DNA of 64,000 bases from Mobula birostris (GCF_030028105.1 NC_092375.1:37299130-37363129); one strand, 5' to 3'; numbered from the stretch's first letter, positions 1-12,759 are shown. Notes: generated from the letters alone by a model not told the origin. Translations and numbers: made by a program.

Positions 1-545
1 AAACCTACAGCACAATACAGACCCTTTGGCCCACAAAGTTGTTGCAAACACGTCCTTACCTTAGAAATTACTAGGCTTACCCATAGTCCTCTCTAAGCTC
101 CATGTACCTATCCAAAAGTCTCTTAAAAGACCCTATTGTATCCGCCTCCACCACCGTTGCCAGCAGCCCATTCCACGCACTCACCACTCTCTGCGTTAAA
201 AAGTTACCCCTGACATTTCCTCTGTACCTACTCCCAAGCACCTTAAACCTGTGCCCTCTTGTGGCAGCCATTTCAGCCCTGCGAAAAAGCCTCTGACTAT
301 CCACACGCTCAATGCCTCTCATCATCTTATACACCTCTATCAGGTCACCTCTCGTCCTCCGTCACTCTGAGGAGAAAAGGCAAAGTTCACTCAACCTATT
401 CTCATAAGTCATGCTCCCCAATCCAGGCAGCATCCTTGTAAATCTCCTTTGCACCCTTTCTATGGTTTCCACATCCTTTCTGTAGTGATGTGACCAGAGC
501 TGAGCACAGTCCTCCAAGTGGGGTCTGATCAGGGTCCTATATAGA
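1..545 (-). mobile_element. CR1 LINE 3' fragment (RT C-terminus and 3' UTR)
   Basis: Minus-strand translation 77..334 (MYKMMRGIERVDSQRLF...GHRFKV...FLTQRVVSAWNGL) is typical CR1 ORF2 C-terminus; same subfamily as 5036-5558 in opposite orientation. Confidence 0.85.
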
Positions 546-2232
546 TGCAGGATTAATACTAATGGCAGGATTCTTAGCAGTGTGGAGGACTTAGTTTGTT
601 GTCCACGTCCATAGATGCATCAGAATTGCCGTGCGGTAATTCTGATGTCAGGTGTATGGTGTATAGGCAAATAGTGTGTTGTCCTTCATTAGTTGGAGGG
701 TTGATTTCTAGAGCTGTGAGTTTGACCCGTGGCCAATCAGTGAACAGAAGTTTGAGAAGAAGAGACGACTTCACAAAAGGTCTGTGATTGAAAATTTTAA
801 AAAGGACAGCACTTTGTGGCAGTCTTCTGAGTTTGAACTGCAGCCAAACAGTGAAGAGGATTCATTAGCTAAGGTAAAAAAAAAAGCAGGAGCAAGTGGA
901 GAGGCCATTGTGTGAGTGGGGAGGCTTTGGCTCTTCAGACTTTGGCAAGATCAGGACTGGGGAGGGAAGTATCTAGTAAGTTTCTTTTTCTCTTCTTTAT
1001 TCTTCATCTGATAGGGCATAGTTAGAGCTGTGAGAAAGACTCCAGGGCCAGTGTTGTGTTCTTTGTGTAAGATGGGGGAGTACTGGGAGACCTACATCTT
1101 CCCAGATAGACACAAGCTGCATCTCCTTAGAGAACATGTTAAAGGACTGGACTTGCAGCATGATGGCCTTCAGCTCATATGGGAGACTGAGGAAGTGATA
1201 GATAGGAGCTACAGGAAGGTAGTTGCCCCTTGGCCACAGGGAGCAGGCAACTGGGTGACTAACAGGAGAGAAAAGAAAGGAAATGGGCAGCCAGTACAGA
1301 GTACCCCCTGTGGCTTCTCCCCTTTTGGATACTGTTGGGGGGGGGGGTGACTGACCAGGGGGAGCAGCAGCAACTCAGTCTCTGGTTCTGAGTCTGGCCC
1401 TGTGGCTCTGAAGAGAAGCGAAGTGAAGAGACTGTAATAGTGATTGGAGATTCCATAGTTAGAGTAAGAAAGACGAGATTCTGTAGATGCGTTAGAGACA
1501 TATGGATGGAATGTTGCCTCCCTGGTGCCAGAGTCAGGGATGGATCGGATCGAGTTCCTGGCATTCAAGAGGGGAAGGGTGAGCAGCCAGAATTCTTGGT
1601 ATGTACCGGGACCAATGACATAAAGAGGTCCTAAAGAGAGATTTTAGGAAGCTAAGTAGAGAGCTGAGAAGCAGGACCGCTGTGGAAGTAGTCTCTGAAT
1701 TGCTGCCTGTGCCACACACTAGTGAGGGTAAGAGGATCGTTTGACAGATAAATGTGTGGCTGAGGAACTGGTGCAGGAAGCAGGCGTTAGGATTTCTGGA
1801 TCATTGGGATTTCTTCTGAGTTCAGGTGCAACCTGTACAAAGGGAACTGATTATACCTGAGTCCAAAGGGGACCAATATCCAGGACAGGATTGGACAGCA
1901 AGAGTTTTTCAGGAGGGCCTAAACTAATTTGGTAGGGGGATGGTAACTGGAATGATAGGGCTGAGGATGGAGTAGTTTGTTTCCCAAAGAGGAAGAAGTA
2001 CTCTAAAGGCAAGATGACACAACTGTGGTTAAAAGAGAAGTCAAAGCCAACATAAAAGCCAGATAGAGAGCACATTATAGAGCAAAAAATAATGGAAAGT
2101 TAGAAGATTGGGAAGCTTTTAAAAACCAACAAAAGGCAACTAAAAAAGTCATCAAGAAGCCAAAGATGAAATACGGAGATAATTCAACTAATAATATTAA
2201 AGAGGATGTCAGAGGTTTCTTTAGATATATGA

Positions 2233-2885
2233 TATATTTTGATATTATTTCAGTAGTTTTGCATATTGATTTACAACCTCATCCTATTACTGCAATTTTT
2301 GGATTACCAGTGATGGACTCCAATCATTTATCCCTTCGACTTGTCACTTGATTGCATTTGTTACATTAACAGCCAGAAGATTCATTTTATTTAAATGGAA
2401 AGATTCTAATCCCCCTACTGCATTTCAATGGTTTTCCCAAACTATAACATGCTTAAGCTTGGAAAAAATTAGGAGTGGTTCTATCGATCCTTCGGTTAAA
2501 TTTGAAGAAAGTTGGAGGCCATTTATTCAACATTTTCATTTGATGTAAGCTGACCTTTTCCGAATCCTTTTCAAAAACTTTTTGTTTGTGTATAGAGGAG
2601 TGGAGTTAATGACAAATAATGATTTTAACCGATAAAACATGCCAGCCCAGCCTTTGTTTTGTTTTGGTTATTTTTGGTGTAGGGGGACTTTTTCTTTGCA
2701 TAAAATTTTTTTGAATCTTTTTCATGTTCGGTTACTAAGAGATTGGGAGGCTTAAATTACATATGCTACTCAGAGTCTGTTTCTGTATACATTAACCATT
2801 ATTAATGTAATCCCGATCTCTTCATATCATTATTATTGTTATGTTTATCAATTCGAAACAATAAAAAAGATAGAGAAAGAAAGAA
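2233..2885 (+). mobile_element. 5'-truncated L1 (ORF2 C-terminus and 3' UTR) with 10-bp TSD
   Basis: IAFVTLTARRFILFKWKD...LSLEKI resembles the end of ORF2 of the full-length L1 at 57850-58064; AATAAA then (GAAA)n tail; TSD agatatatga at 2223-2232 and 2886-2895. Confidence 0.85.
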
Positions 2886-3868
2886 AGATATATGAAGAGT
2901 AAAAGGCAAGCAAGCCACTGGAAAATGGTGCTGGAGAAGTAATAAGAGGGTACAAGGGAATGGCAGATTCAGTACTTTGCATCAGACTTCACTGCAGTAC
3001 GCCAGAAGTTTGAGATGTCAGGGGACAGAAGTGAGTGAGGTTGCCATTACAAAGGAGAAGGTGCTTGGAAAACTGAAAGATCTGAAGATAAGTAAACCAT
3101 CTGGACTGATTGTCTACACCCCCAGAATTCTGAAAGAGGTGGCTGAAGAGATTGTGGAGGCATTTAAGAATCAATAGATTCTGGCTTGGTTCTAGAGAAA
3201 TGTAAAACTGAAAATATAACTCCACACTTCAAGAGGGGAGAGAGGCGGAAGAAGAGAAATTACAAGCCAGTTCGTCTGACCTCAGTGGTTGGCAAAATGT
3301 TGGATTGATTAGTATGGATGTGGTTTTGGGGTACTTGGAGGCACATGATAAGATAGGCTGAAGTCAGAATGGTTCCCTTAAGGGAAAATCTTGCCTGACA
3401 AATCTGTTGGAATTCTTTGAAGAAATAACAAGCTGGATAGTCAAAGGAGAATCAGTGGATGTTGTATACTTGGATTTTCAAAAGGCCTTTGATAAGGTGC
3501 TTTAATGAGGCTGTTTAACAAGTTATTACAGCAAAGACACTAGCATGGTTAGAGCATTGGCTGATTGGCAGAAGGCAAAGCGTTGGAATAAAGGGAGTCT
3601 TTTCTAGGTGGCTGCAGGTGACTAGTGGTGTTCCAGAGGAGTCTGTGTTGGAGCCACTTCTTTTTATGTTATACATCAATGACTTGGATGACAGAATTGA
3701 TGGCTTTGTGGGCAAGATTGCGGTCAATATGAAGATAGGTGCAGGAGCTGGTAGTTTTGAGGAAGTAGAGAGGCTGCAGATGGACTCTTCAGTTTAGGAG
3801 AATGGCCAAAGAAGTGGCAGATGGAATACAGCATCAGGAAATGTATGGTCATGCACTTTGGTAGAAGA

Positions 3869-4899
3869 TCCTCCTCGCTGACGACCAACAGTGATGCACC
3901 TCGGGGTGTGTGCTTAGCCCACTGCTCTACTCTCTGTATACACATGACTGTGTGGCTAGGCACAGCTGAAATACCCTCTATAAATTTGCTGATGATACAA
4001 CCATTGTTGGTAGAATCTCAGGCGGTGACGAGAGGGCGTACCGGAGTGAGATATGCCAACTAGTGGAATGGTGCAACCTGGCACTCAACGTCAGTAAGAT
4101 GAAAGAGCGACTGTGGACTTCAGGAAGGGTAAGATGAAGGAACACATACCAATCCCCATAGAGGGATCAGAAATGGAGAGAGTGATCAGTTTCAAGTTCC
4201 TGGGTGTCAAGATCTCTAAGGATCTAACCTGGTCCCAACATATTGATGCAGTTATAAAGAAGGCAAGACAGCGGCTATACTTCATTAGGGGTTTGAAGAG
4301 ATTTGGCATGTCAACAAATACACTCAAAAACTTCTACAGTTGTACCGTGGAGAGCATTCTGACAGGCTGCATCACTGTCTGGTATGGAGGGGCTACCGCA
4401 CAGGACTGAAAGAAACTGCAGAGGGTTGTAAGTCTAGTCAGCTCCATCTTGGCTACTAGCCTACAAAGTATCCAGGACATCTTCAAGGAGCAGTGTCTCA
4501 GAAAGGCAGCGTCCATTATTAAGGACCTCCAGCATCCAGGGCATGCCCTTTTCTCACTGTTACCATCAGGTAGGAGGTACAGAAGCCTGAAGGCACTCAC
4601 TCAGCGATTCAGGAACAGCTTTTTCCCCTCTGCCATCCGATTCCTAAATGGACATTGGATCTTTGGATACTACCTCACTTTTTTTTAACATAGAGTATTT
4701 CCGTTTTTGCACTTTTTAAATCTATTCAATATACATAATTGATTTACTTGTTTATTTATTTATTATTATTAGTTTAACTTTAATTATTATTGTTTTTCTC
4801 TCTGCTGGATTATGTATTGGATTGAACTGCTGCTGCTAAGTTAACAAATTTCACGTCACATGCAGGTGATAATAAACCTGATTCTGATTCTGATTCTGA
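3869..4899 (+). mobile_element. Rex1/Babar-type LINE 3' part nested in CR1
   Basis: CLAHCSTLCIHM/KFADDT remnants, FLGVKISKDLTWSQHIDAVIKKARQRLYF motif, AATAAA and (GATTCT)n tail at 4871-4899; host CR1 reads ggtagaaga|aataaaag across the insert. Confidence 0.8.
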
Positions 4900-5035
4900 A
4901 ATAAAAGCATAGGCTATTTTCTAAATGGAGAGAAAATTCAAAAATCCAAGTTGCAAAGGGACATGGGATTCCTTGAACAGAATTCCTTGAAGGTTAATTT
5001 GCTAGTTGAGTCAATGGTGAGGAAGCCAAACGTAA

Positions 5036-5558
5036 GGTAATGTTGCAGCTATATAGGACCCTACAATTCTGGTCACCTCACTACAGGAAGGACGTGGAAA
5101 CTATAGAAAGGATGTAGAAGAGATTTACACGGATGTTGCCTGGATTCTTGAGTGAACTCGGCCTTTTCTCCTTGGAGCGACGGAGGATGAGAGGTGACCT
5201 GATAGAGGTGTACAAGATAATGAGAGGCATTGATTGTGTGGATAGTCAGAGGCTTTTTCCCAGGGCTGAAATGGCTAACACGAGAGGGCACAGTTTTAAG
5301 GTGCTTGGAAGTAGGTACAGAGGAGATGTCAGGGTAAGTTTTTTTTACACAGAGAGTGGTGAGTACATGGAATGGGCTGCTGGGGACGGTGGTGGAAGCA
5401 GAAACGATAGAGTCTTTTAAGAGACTCCTGTATGGCTCCATGGACCTTAGAAAAATAGAGGGCTATGGGTAAGCCTAGATGGTTCTAAGGTAGAGACAGG
5501 TTCGGTACAGCTTTGTGGCCCAAAGGGCCTGTATTTTGCTGTAGGTTTTCTATGTTTC
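5036..5558 (+). mobile_element. CR1 3' fragment (second subfamily) nested in older CR1
   Basis: MLPG...ELGLFSLERRRMRGDLIEVYKIMRG; tail tttctatgtttcta; flanked by taa (5033-5035 and 5559-5561). Confidence 0.8.
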
Positions 5559-6144
5559 TAATGATAGCAATCACTTCGAGAGGACTAGAATATACAAGCA
5601 TGGATGTAATGCTCAGGCACACACTGTTAGATTGCACTTAGAGTATTCTGAGTAGTTTTAGGTCCCTTACCTAAGAAAAGATGTGATAGCATTGAAAAGG
5701 ATCTAGAGGAGGTTAATGGGAATAAAAGGGTTAATTTATGAGAAGTGCTTGGTGGCTCTGGATCTGTACTCACTGGAGCTTAGAAGAATTGGGAAGGATC
5801 TCATTGAAAGCTATCGATTATTGAAAGGCTTAGATAGAGTGGATGTGCAGAGGATATTTCCGACTGTGGGGGAGTCTAAGACCAGAAAGGGCAGCACAGA
5901 GTACAAGGACATCCCTTTAAAATAGAGATGAGGAGGGATTTCTTTAGCTAGAGGCTGAGGAGTCTGTGGAGGCCAAGCTATTGGGTATATTTAAAGTGGA
6001 GGTTGAGGGGTTCTTGATTAGTAAGAGCATCAAAAGTTACTGGGAGAAGGCAGGAGAATGGAGTTGAGATGGAGAGTAAATCAGCCATGACGCGATGGCA
6101 GAGTAGACTTGATAAGGCGAGTGGCCTAATTCTGCTCCCATGTC

Positions 6145-6560
6145 TTATGGTCATCCAGGCCATGCTCTCTTCTCACTGCTGCCATCAGGAAGGTGGTTCA
6201 GCAGCCTCAAGTCCCACACCACCAAGTTCAGGAATAGTTATTTCCCCTCAACCAGAAGGGGGCAACTTCTCTCACCCCAACATTGGACTCACTATTGACA
6301 ACCTATGAATTCACTTTTAAGGAATCCACCACACAGATTCTCAGTATTCATTGTTTATTTATTTATTACTATTATTTTATTTCTTTATTGTATTGGCACA
6401 GTTTATTGTCTTTTGCAGATTGTTTACTTACCCGTCTTTGTTGTATGAAGATTTTCATTGATTCTATTGTGTTTCTTTTGTATGTACTGTGAATGCCTGC
6501 AATAAATTGTAACTCATGGTAGTACATGTAGTTTGATAATAACTTCACTTTGAACTTTTA
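6145..6560 (+). mobile_element. Rex1/Babar 3' fragment
   Basis: atccaggccatgctctcttctcactgctgccatcaggaagg matches the other Rex/Babar 3' ends in the window; AT-rich UTR ending ttcactttgaacttt. Confidence 0.65.
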
Positions 6561-7689
6561 CCTTTGAAATTTTGCCAGGCTTGCACTTTTGCTGCAGCTT
6601 TCAATTTGCAGATGCATAAAAATGCAAAGTGATATAAGATTGCCATGAGTGAAGCATGGCTCCAAACAGGTTGCCGAGTAACCATTTACACTACATTAAT
6701 CTGGATCACTGAGCAAGTAAATTACTATGTTGAATTGGTTCACCTGCCTAAACCTTACTCCTCACATTATGTGTTTTTTCAACTTAACCAACAGGTTTTC
6801 CTGACCATTTATTCCACCACAGCATTTCATTTTCAGAAAGTAAGAAGAGATTTCAAAATATCTTAAATATTTCTGCACAAGCCAACTAAAAGACAACAAA
6901 CTAGACTCCAAAAGCAGAAATCTGGAGCCTTGCCAATTACACTAGACATACCATGACAACGAAGACTAAGCAAACCTCTCATTATTAGTTTGGATGACAT
7001 CCACCACATAGGTAATTTATTAAGTATAGACTAGGTCATCTGACCTGCGATCTGTCCACAACCTCAGTTGTGCCTGAAATGGCAATGCTTGACAATCACT
7101 GACAGGGACAACCAATGTGAGGGTAGTCCTTGCACATGCTGGTGATGCCAGCCTCAGATCTCCCCACTTCCATCCTCACGAGTTATTTCTTCAAGGTTCT
7201 CACTGTTTGAGTCATTGACTTAGTACACAGAATGTCCTTTATTTCTAAGTGTATTCTAGAAAATGTATTTTATCAACACCACGCAGGTTTGCAAACTTTG
7301 GGGATCTGGAGATTTGACTAATTTTGGTCCTGTTAGCTTTTCAAAAAACTTCATCCTCCACTTTGTCTCCTGAATGAAGAATAAAATGAGAAGTTTAGAA
7401 AGGGATAAGAATATAACTTCAGGCAAGACGGAGACAAAATTGGAATGAAAGGTGATGAGTACACACAGTCAACGTTTAGAAACAGCTTGTTCCTTACACC
7501 ATCAGATTTCTGAGCATGAACCCAGAGCATTGCCTCATTATATCTGCTCTCTTTTTGCACCACTTGCCTAATTTTAACATATATTTCTTACTGTAATTTA
7601 TAGTGTATATTATGTACTACACTGTGCTGTTGCTGCAAAACAACAAGTTTCACAACATATGTCAGACGTAATAAAACTGATTCTGATTC

Positions 7690-9245
7690 TACAGGATTGA
7701 AGGTGTTATATTTGAATGCATGCAGTATATGAAATAGGGTAGATGAACTTGTAGCTCAGTTAGAAATCAGCAGGTATAACATTTGGGCATCACAGAGTCA
7801 TGCTAGAAAGAAGATCACAACTTTAACATTCAAGGATACACATTATATGATTGTCTCCGATTCGTTAGACTCTGACAATTTGCACTCCTTCTTCCGTCAC
7901 AGATTACTTACTTGTGTGCAAGGAGAACAGCTCAGCCCTGTCACCAGCCTGCTCTGAGGCTTGAAAAGAAATGCCAGTTCTATGTAGAAATTGACTAGTT
8001 GGATACAGATATTTATCCAACAGAATCTTTGTCACTTCTGAATATCTTCATTTACGTACTTAAATATCAATCATCACACATATTGCATGTGATAATAACC
8101 AATAAAATCCACGACCAAAACTACTTCAGAATTTGTAAAACAACTGGCCAATAGTAAGAGTTACCCTGGAATCCTTTGTTAGCATCTTTATCTTGACTTG
8201 GTATGTTTGATGACCTTGGTTCCCAGACTTGTAAAGAAAGGCTGGGTAAAGAACAATTTTGGCTTCAAGGGCCATGTTCAAACTGAGTGAGTACACTATG
8301 TCTGCCCACTCTCTCTGTCAGCTTCTCTTGACTGTCGCCTTGCTAAACTTCCACACGTAGGAAAGGTTGTATAAAGCTCACTATTTTAACCCTTTCCTTG
8401 CTTTTGTTTCCACAGTATTGAAAGGACAGGCAGGTGGGAAGAGGGAGTCAGGCGGCTTTGTTAGTCAGAATGAAATCAGATCATTAGAAAGAATCGACAT
8501 AAAATCAGAAGATGTAGAATCCTTGGGAGTAGAGTTAAGAAACTGCAAGGTTAAAAAGACCCTGATTTGACACTGATGGAAGGTGTATACAGGCTTTCAA
8601 ATAGTAGCCAGAATGTGGGGTACAAATTACAACAGAAGATAGTAAAGTTATGTAAAAGGGGCAATTTCAATATACAGGTAGATTGGGAAAATCAGGTTGG
8701 TGCTGGATCCCAAGAGAAGGGATTTGGGGAATGCCCAGGAAATAGCTTTTTAGAGGATCTTGTGGTTGAGCCCTCAAACAAAAAGGCAATTCTGGATTGG
8801 CTGTTGTGTAATGAACCAGATTCAATTAGGGAGCTTATAGTAAAGGAGCCCTTAGGAAGCAATGATCTAATACGATAAAATTCACCTAACAGTTTGAAAG
8901 GGAAAAGCTAATATCAGACGTATCATTATTACAGTTGAGTAAACAAAACTGCAGAGGCATGAGAGAAGATGGCCAAAGCTGATTGAAAGTGGACACGAGA
9001 AGGGATAATGGTAGAGCAGCAATGCCTGGTACTTCTGGGATTAATTTGGAATTCGCAGGATCGATATATCCCAAAGTAGAAGAAACATTCTAAAGGGAGA
9101 TGAGGCAACTCTAGCTAAAAAGGGAAGTCAACGACAGCATAGAAGCAAAAGTCAAGGCATACAATGTAGCAAAAATTAGTGGGAAGCTAAAGTATTGGGA
9201 ACCTTTTAAAACCAAAAGAAGGCAACTAAAAAGCAAAAAGAGTAA
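7690..9245 (+). mobile_element. CR1 ORF2 endonuclease-region fragments (7690-7850, 8420-9245)
   Basis: LKVLYLNACS, LGVELRNCKVKKTL, GNFNIQVDWENQ and ILDWLLCNEP motifs, with frameshifts. Confidence 0.7.
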
Positions 9246-9249
9246 AAAT

Positions 9250-9620
9250 CCCGTTCATCCCTCTCTTCTCTCTTATTAGCATTTTGAATGTTTCTCCATT
9301 GTCTTTCTTATCTCTCTCATTAGCATCATCCGTCCGGTAGCTCTGCTGGGCATCACACATGACATATCAGATTCATTCTTCTCCAGACCTTTACCTTTCC
9401 AACCCACCTGGCTTCACCTGTCACCTTCCAGCTATTCTCCTTTCCCTCCCCCACCTTTTTACTCTGGCATCTTTCCCCTTCCTTTTCAATCCTGAAGAAG
9501 GGACTCAGCCCACATGGTCGACTGTTCATTCATTTTCATAGATGCTGCCTGATCTGTTGAGTTCCTCCTGCATTTTGTGTGAGTTGCTTTGGACTTCCAG
9601 CATCTGCAGGCTTTCTCATG
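9250..9620 (+). mobile_element. Penelope-like element 3' end/pLTR (degenerate hammerhead)
   Basis: Pyrimidine-rich tract, then cctgaagaagggactcagccc...gtcgactg and the shared pLTR end gatgctgcctgatctgttgagttcctcc...ccagcatctgcag. Confidence 0.7.
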
Positions 9621-10429
9621 TTAACAAAAATACTTGCAGTGTTTTAATTACTTGCCAGCTTTTTCTCATCTTCAGTTTTCTCCCTGCTTACTGAACTCTT
9701 TGTCTTTTACCATTGGTTCCTGTAAAATTGTTAGTTGTCTGGTCTACCACAAGATCTCGCCGTATTATACATTTAACCTTTGATGAAATACTTTCTTTGA
9801 CCTCCTTTGCTAACTCTCTTTCTTCTATTTTAATGGGACACTTTTCTGCTGAATGCTATGAATTAACTATCTAAATAACTGGCTCTACTCATCTACTAAC
9901 TTATCCCTTAGTCTATTTAACCAGTCCAATCCAAACAACTCTATCTTCATACCATTGTAACAGCCTGGATTTAAGTGAGGACATTGGGTGTTCCTCCCCC
10001 AGGATTACGTGAAGTCAGAGTGTCCACACGGTTCATTTGGCTCATGGCTTCAGGGGTTTTCTCTCTCAGTTGCCAAATCTCCATTCCTGCTACATTGCCC
10101 TAATATGTGCTGTATCTCTAAATAAATAAAAATAAAATTAAACAAATATTATCAACTGCTTATGTGCATTAATAAAGTTTCTATCAGTCTCCCAGTAAAA
10201 CTGTGGCAAAGAAAATTCCTTTTCCACATTTGACCAGTTTCATTCTTTTAAAATCTGGCAACTTGCAGTTAAGCCTAATATTTGTGAATTTCTTTGGTCC
10301 ATACTTGTTTCCTGATGTATTAATGGACTTGCTATTCCCCAGATTTTATATGCATGAGCACATTTCTTAGGTGTAAATATACAAGAGGCATGACATAATG
10401 TTATTTTCTTTTCATATAATCTCAGAGCT

Positions 10430-10655
10430 GGCCAATCCTATCCATGATTTTCTACCTGCTCAACTAGTCATACCTGTTGGGTTCAAGTTATTGGTACATT
10501 CTTTCGTTCTGATTAACAATAACTCCACCTTCATTTTGGTATTGTGAAACTTGGTGCCCTAGTGAGGAAGCAAGTATTAAACTTCAAGAAGAAATTGAAA
10601 CGACAAAAGTAAATGAAACTACAAGATAAAGAATGCTGAGAAGGAGCTGGAAAAT
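10430..10655 (+). promoter_or_regulatory. Candidate promoter / non-coding first exon of HHLA2 with IRF/ISRE-like and Ets-like sites
   Basis: CCAAT near 10432; GAGGAAG 10564-10570; GAAATTGAAAC 10591-10601 (GAAANNGAAA); AAATGAAACT 10611-10620; consensus donor AAT|GTAAGT at 10655/10656; lies in non-repetitive DNA. Motif-only inference. Confidence 0.35.
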
Positions 10656-11280
10656 GTAAGTACATTATTTTTAAATGCTTCTATCTCTGTGAGCAGGTTG
10701 AGATATGACTTAATTTCTAGTATAGGATTTTGATTTGCGGTTTTGACCTAGATGTGAGAATCTTTCTATTCTCACTTCAGGAAATCTAATAGCAGTGGCA
10801 TAGAGTGATACTGCACAAGTTACTTTTTACAGTATTTTATTATTTCGTTGTTCAGAAATCCCAATGGTTTGGCATCTGGCTCTTCCGGAGATTAACATTC
10901 AGCCCCACCTTCTGTTTCACCCCACTGGGACCCTGGAGATACTCTAAACATACCGTACTCAAAGGTTATCCTCGTCTTTCCGACTTGATTCTTTCCTTGT
11001 TTACTCAGTGGCTGACTTTAAAATATTGATTGAACCTTTAAGCCAAATGTGCTGTAACATCCTACAGTTCTAAACTCTAACTGAACTATTCCTTCTTCTT
11101 ATCCTTGTGTATCCTCCATTCTTTCAAAACATTATTGGAGTCTAGCACTTTGTCAGTCAGCCCCTCGAATTTCCTTTCCCAATGTAACAGAAATAGTTTT
11201 CTCGACATTGGTTTACGACTTCAAATCATTTTCATGACATTGATTTATTTGATCTTAAATAATCAATGCAAAGGAAACTA

Positions 11281-11630
11281 CTGAAGAGCTAAGATACGCT
11301 TTACTCTCCTCCTTTTGTCCTCCTCCCTTTCTTCCCCAAGGGAGGGTAACCACACAGAAGCTGATTTAAAGGGCGATTCACTTTCGTGCAGCCTTTCAAG
11401 AACCTCCGATAGTACCCACAGAACCCAAGGAACGAGCACAAAGCACTCACAGTCTGGGGCCTTGATCCGCCTCAATCTTAGACGGATCCATAGCTACTCC
11501 ATCATGAGACTATGTGCCCAACATAGCTGACAGACCAGAGAAAGTCTGGTCCAGGGAAAGTTTTAACCCTTCAGCTTTCAGGCGGCCCAGCACCTTCAGC
11601 GACTGAAAGGCCTCTTCACATTTCACATTG
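11281..11630 (-). mobile_element. Ty3/Gypsy pol fragment (RT thumb/connection), internally permuted
   Basis: Frameshifted minus-strand reading: KVLGRLKAEGLKLSLD...YVGHIVS..DGVAMDPSKIEA...PQTVSALCSFLGFCGYYRRFLKG...PLNQLL; the CEEAFQSLK segment lies upstream instead of downstream. Confidence 0.8.
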
Positions 11631-11759
11631 TTGGCGCCAGGCATCTCACAAACTACTGACCTTCTGTGATTTTAATGCACAACAGTCTCTAGAGTTTACA
11701 GGAGGTGGTGAAAAAAAATCCCCTGTGGTAGTTCTGTGGGCAAAAACACACGGCAATTC

Positions 11760-11958
11760 AAAAAAGAATGGCCAGGCTGGTTCAAGCTGACAGGAAGGTA
11801 ACATTAACACAATAACCATGCACTACAACAATGGTGTGCAAAATAATATCTCTAAACATGTAAAATGTCAAAGTTTGGAGTGGATGGGCAGCAGAACATA
11901 ACCTCAGTGACCATTGTATTAGGTTCAGGACGTACCTAATAAAGTGGCCACTGAGGGT
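11760..11958. mobile_element. Tc1/mariner remnant with one TIR
   Basis: gtacctaataaagtggccactgag (11932-11955) is the reverse complement of a Tc1-type TIR (ctcagtggccactttattaggtac); adjacent sequence resembles Tc1 internal DNA. Confidence 0.6.
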
Positions 11959-11974
11959 TGTTGCACCTGTTAAC

Positions 11975-12597
11975 TGGTAATCTGAAAGAACATACAAACA
12001 AGGATGTAATATTAAAATGTTATAAAGCACTGGTGGGGCCTCACTTGGAGGATTGTGAGCAGTTTTGGGCCCCTTATCTTAGAATGGATGTGTTGAAACT
12101 GAAGAAGGTTCAAAGGAGGCTCATGAAGATGATTCTAGGTTTGAACAGCTTGTCATATGAAGAGTATCTGATGGCTCTGGGCCTGTATTCGCTAGAATTC
12201 AGAAGAATGAGGGGTGTCCTCATTGAAACCTATTGAATGGTGAAATGCCTTGATAGAGTTAATGTGGAGAGGATGTTTCCTATGGTGGGAGAGTCTAAGA
12301 CCAGAGGACACAGCCCCAGAATTTAAGGATGTCCTTTTAGAACAGAGATGAAGAGGAATTACTTTAGAGAGGTGAATCTGTGGAATTCATTGCCACAGGC
12401 AGCTGTGGAAGACAAGTCTTTATGTATATTTAAGGCAGAGGTTGATAGATTCTTGACTGGCCAGGGTATGAAGGGATACGGAGAGAAGGCAGGAGATTGG
12501 GGCTGAGAGGGAAAATGGATCAGCCATGACGAAATGAAGGAGCAGGCTCGATGGAGCAAATGGCCTAATTCTGCTCCTGGATCTTAGGGTCTTATTT
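11975..12597 (+). mobile_element. CR1 3' fragment
   Basis: YKALVGPHLEDCEQFWAPYLR...LGLYSLEFRRMRG; 3' end ggcctaattctgctcct. Confidence 0.85.
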
Positions 12598-12759
12598 GTT
12601 AAATGATTTTGAAGAATCATTTTCGGTTTCATGGTTCTTTGCAAGTAACTTGACATTACTCAAGGACTAAACAAGGAATTGACATTCCTTTTTGATAACA
12701 CACGTTCCCAATGATAAAATAAAAATCAAGTTTCAGACTTTCACTACCTTTCATTGTTT

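Larger units (their letters stand above)
800..6140 (+). mobile_element. Decayed CR1 LINE (ORF1 zinc/leucine-zipper/SGNH-esterase, partial ORF2) split by three nested insertions
   Basis: ORF1 motifs VLCSLCK, VIGDSIVR, CCLPGARV, VCTGTNDI (1030-1634). ORF2 pieces resume after each insert (2886, 4900, 5559); 3' end ggcctaattctgctcc...tatggtc near 6125-6150. The endonuclease region appears deleted near 2000. Confidence 0.75.

Noticed and set aside
10053-10062. GGGGTTTTCT as an NF-kB site
   Set aside because: One mismatch from consensus and isolated; expected by chance.
10781-11029. Acceptor at 10780 and 74-aa ORF 10805..11029 as an HHLA2 coding exon
   Set aside because: No convincing donor or phase link to the IgV exon; 13856-13913 is a much better signal exon. 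It could still be a UTR exon.
11278-11530. ORFs 11278..11475 (-) and 11315..11530 (+) as novel small proteins
   Set aside because: They are off-frame or antisense readings of the Gypsy pol fragment, whose real frame shows SFLGFCGYYRRF.
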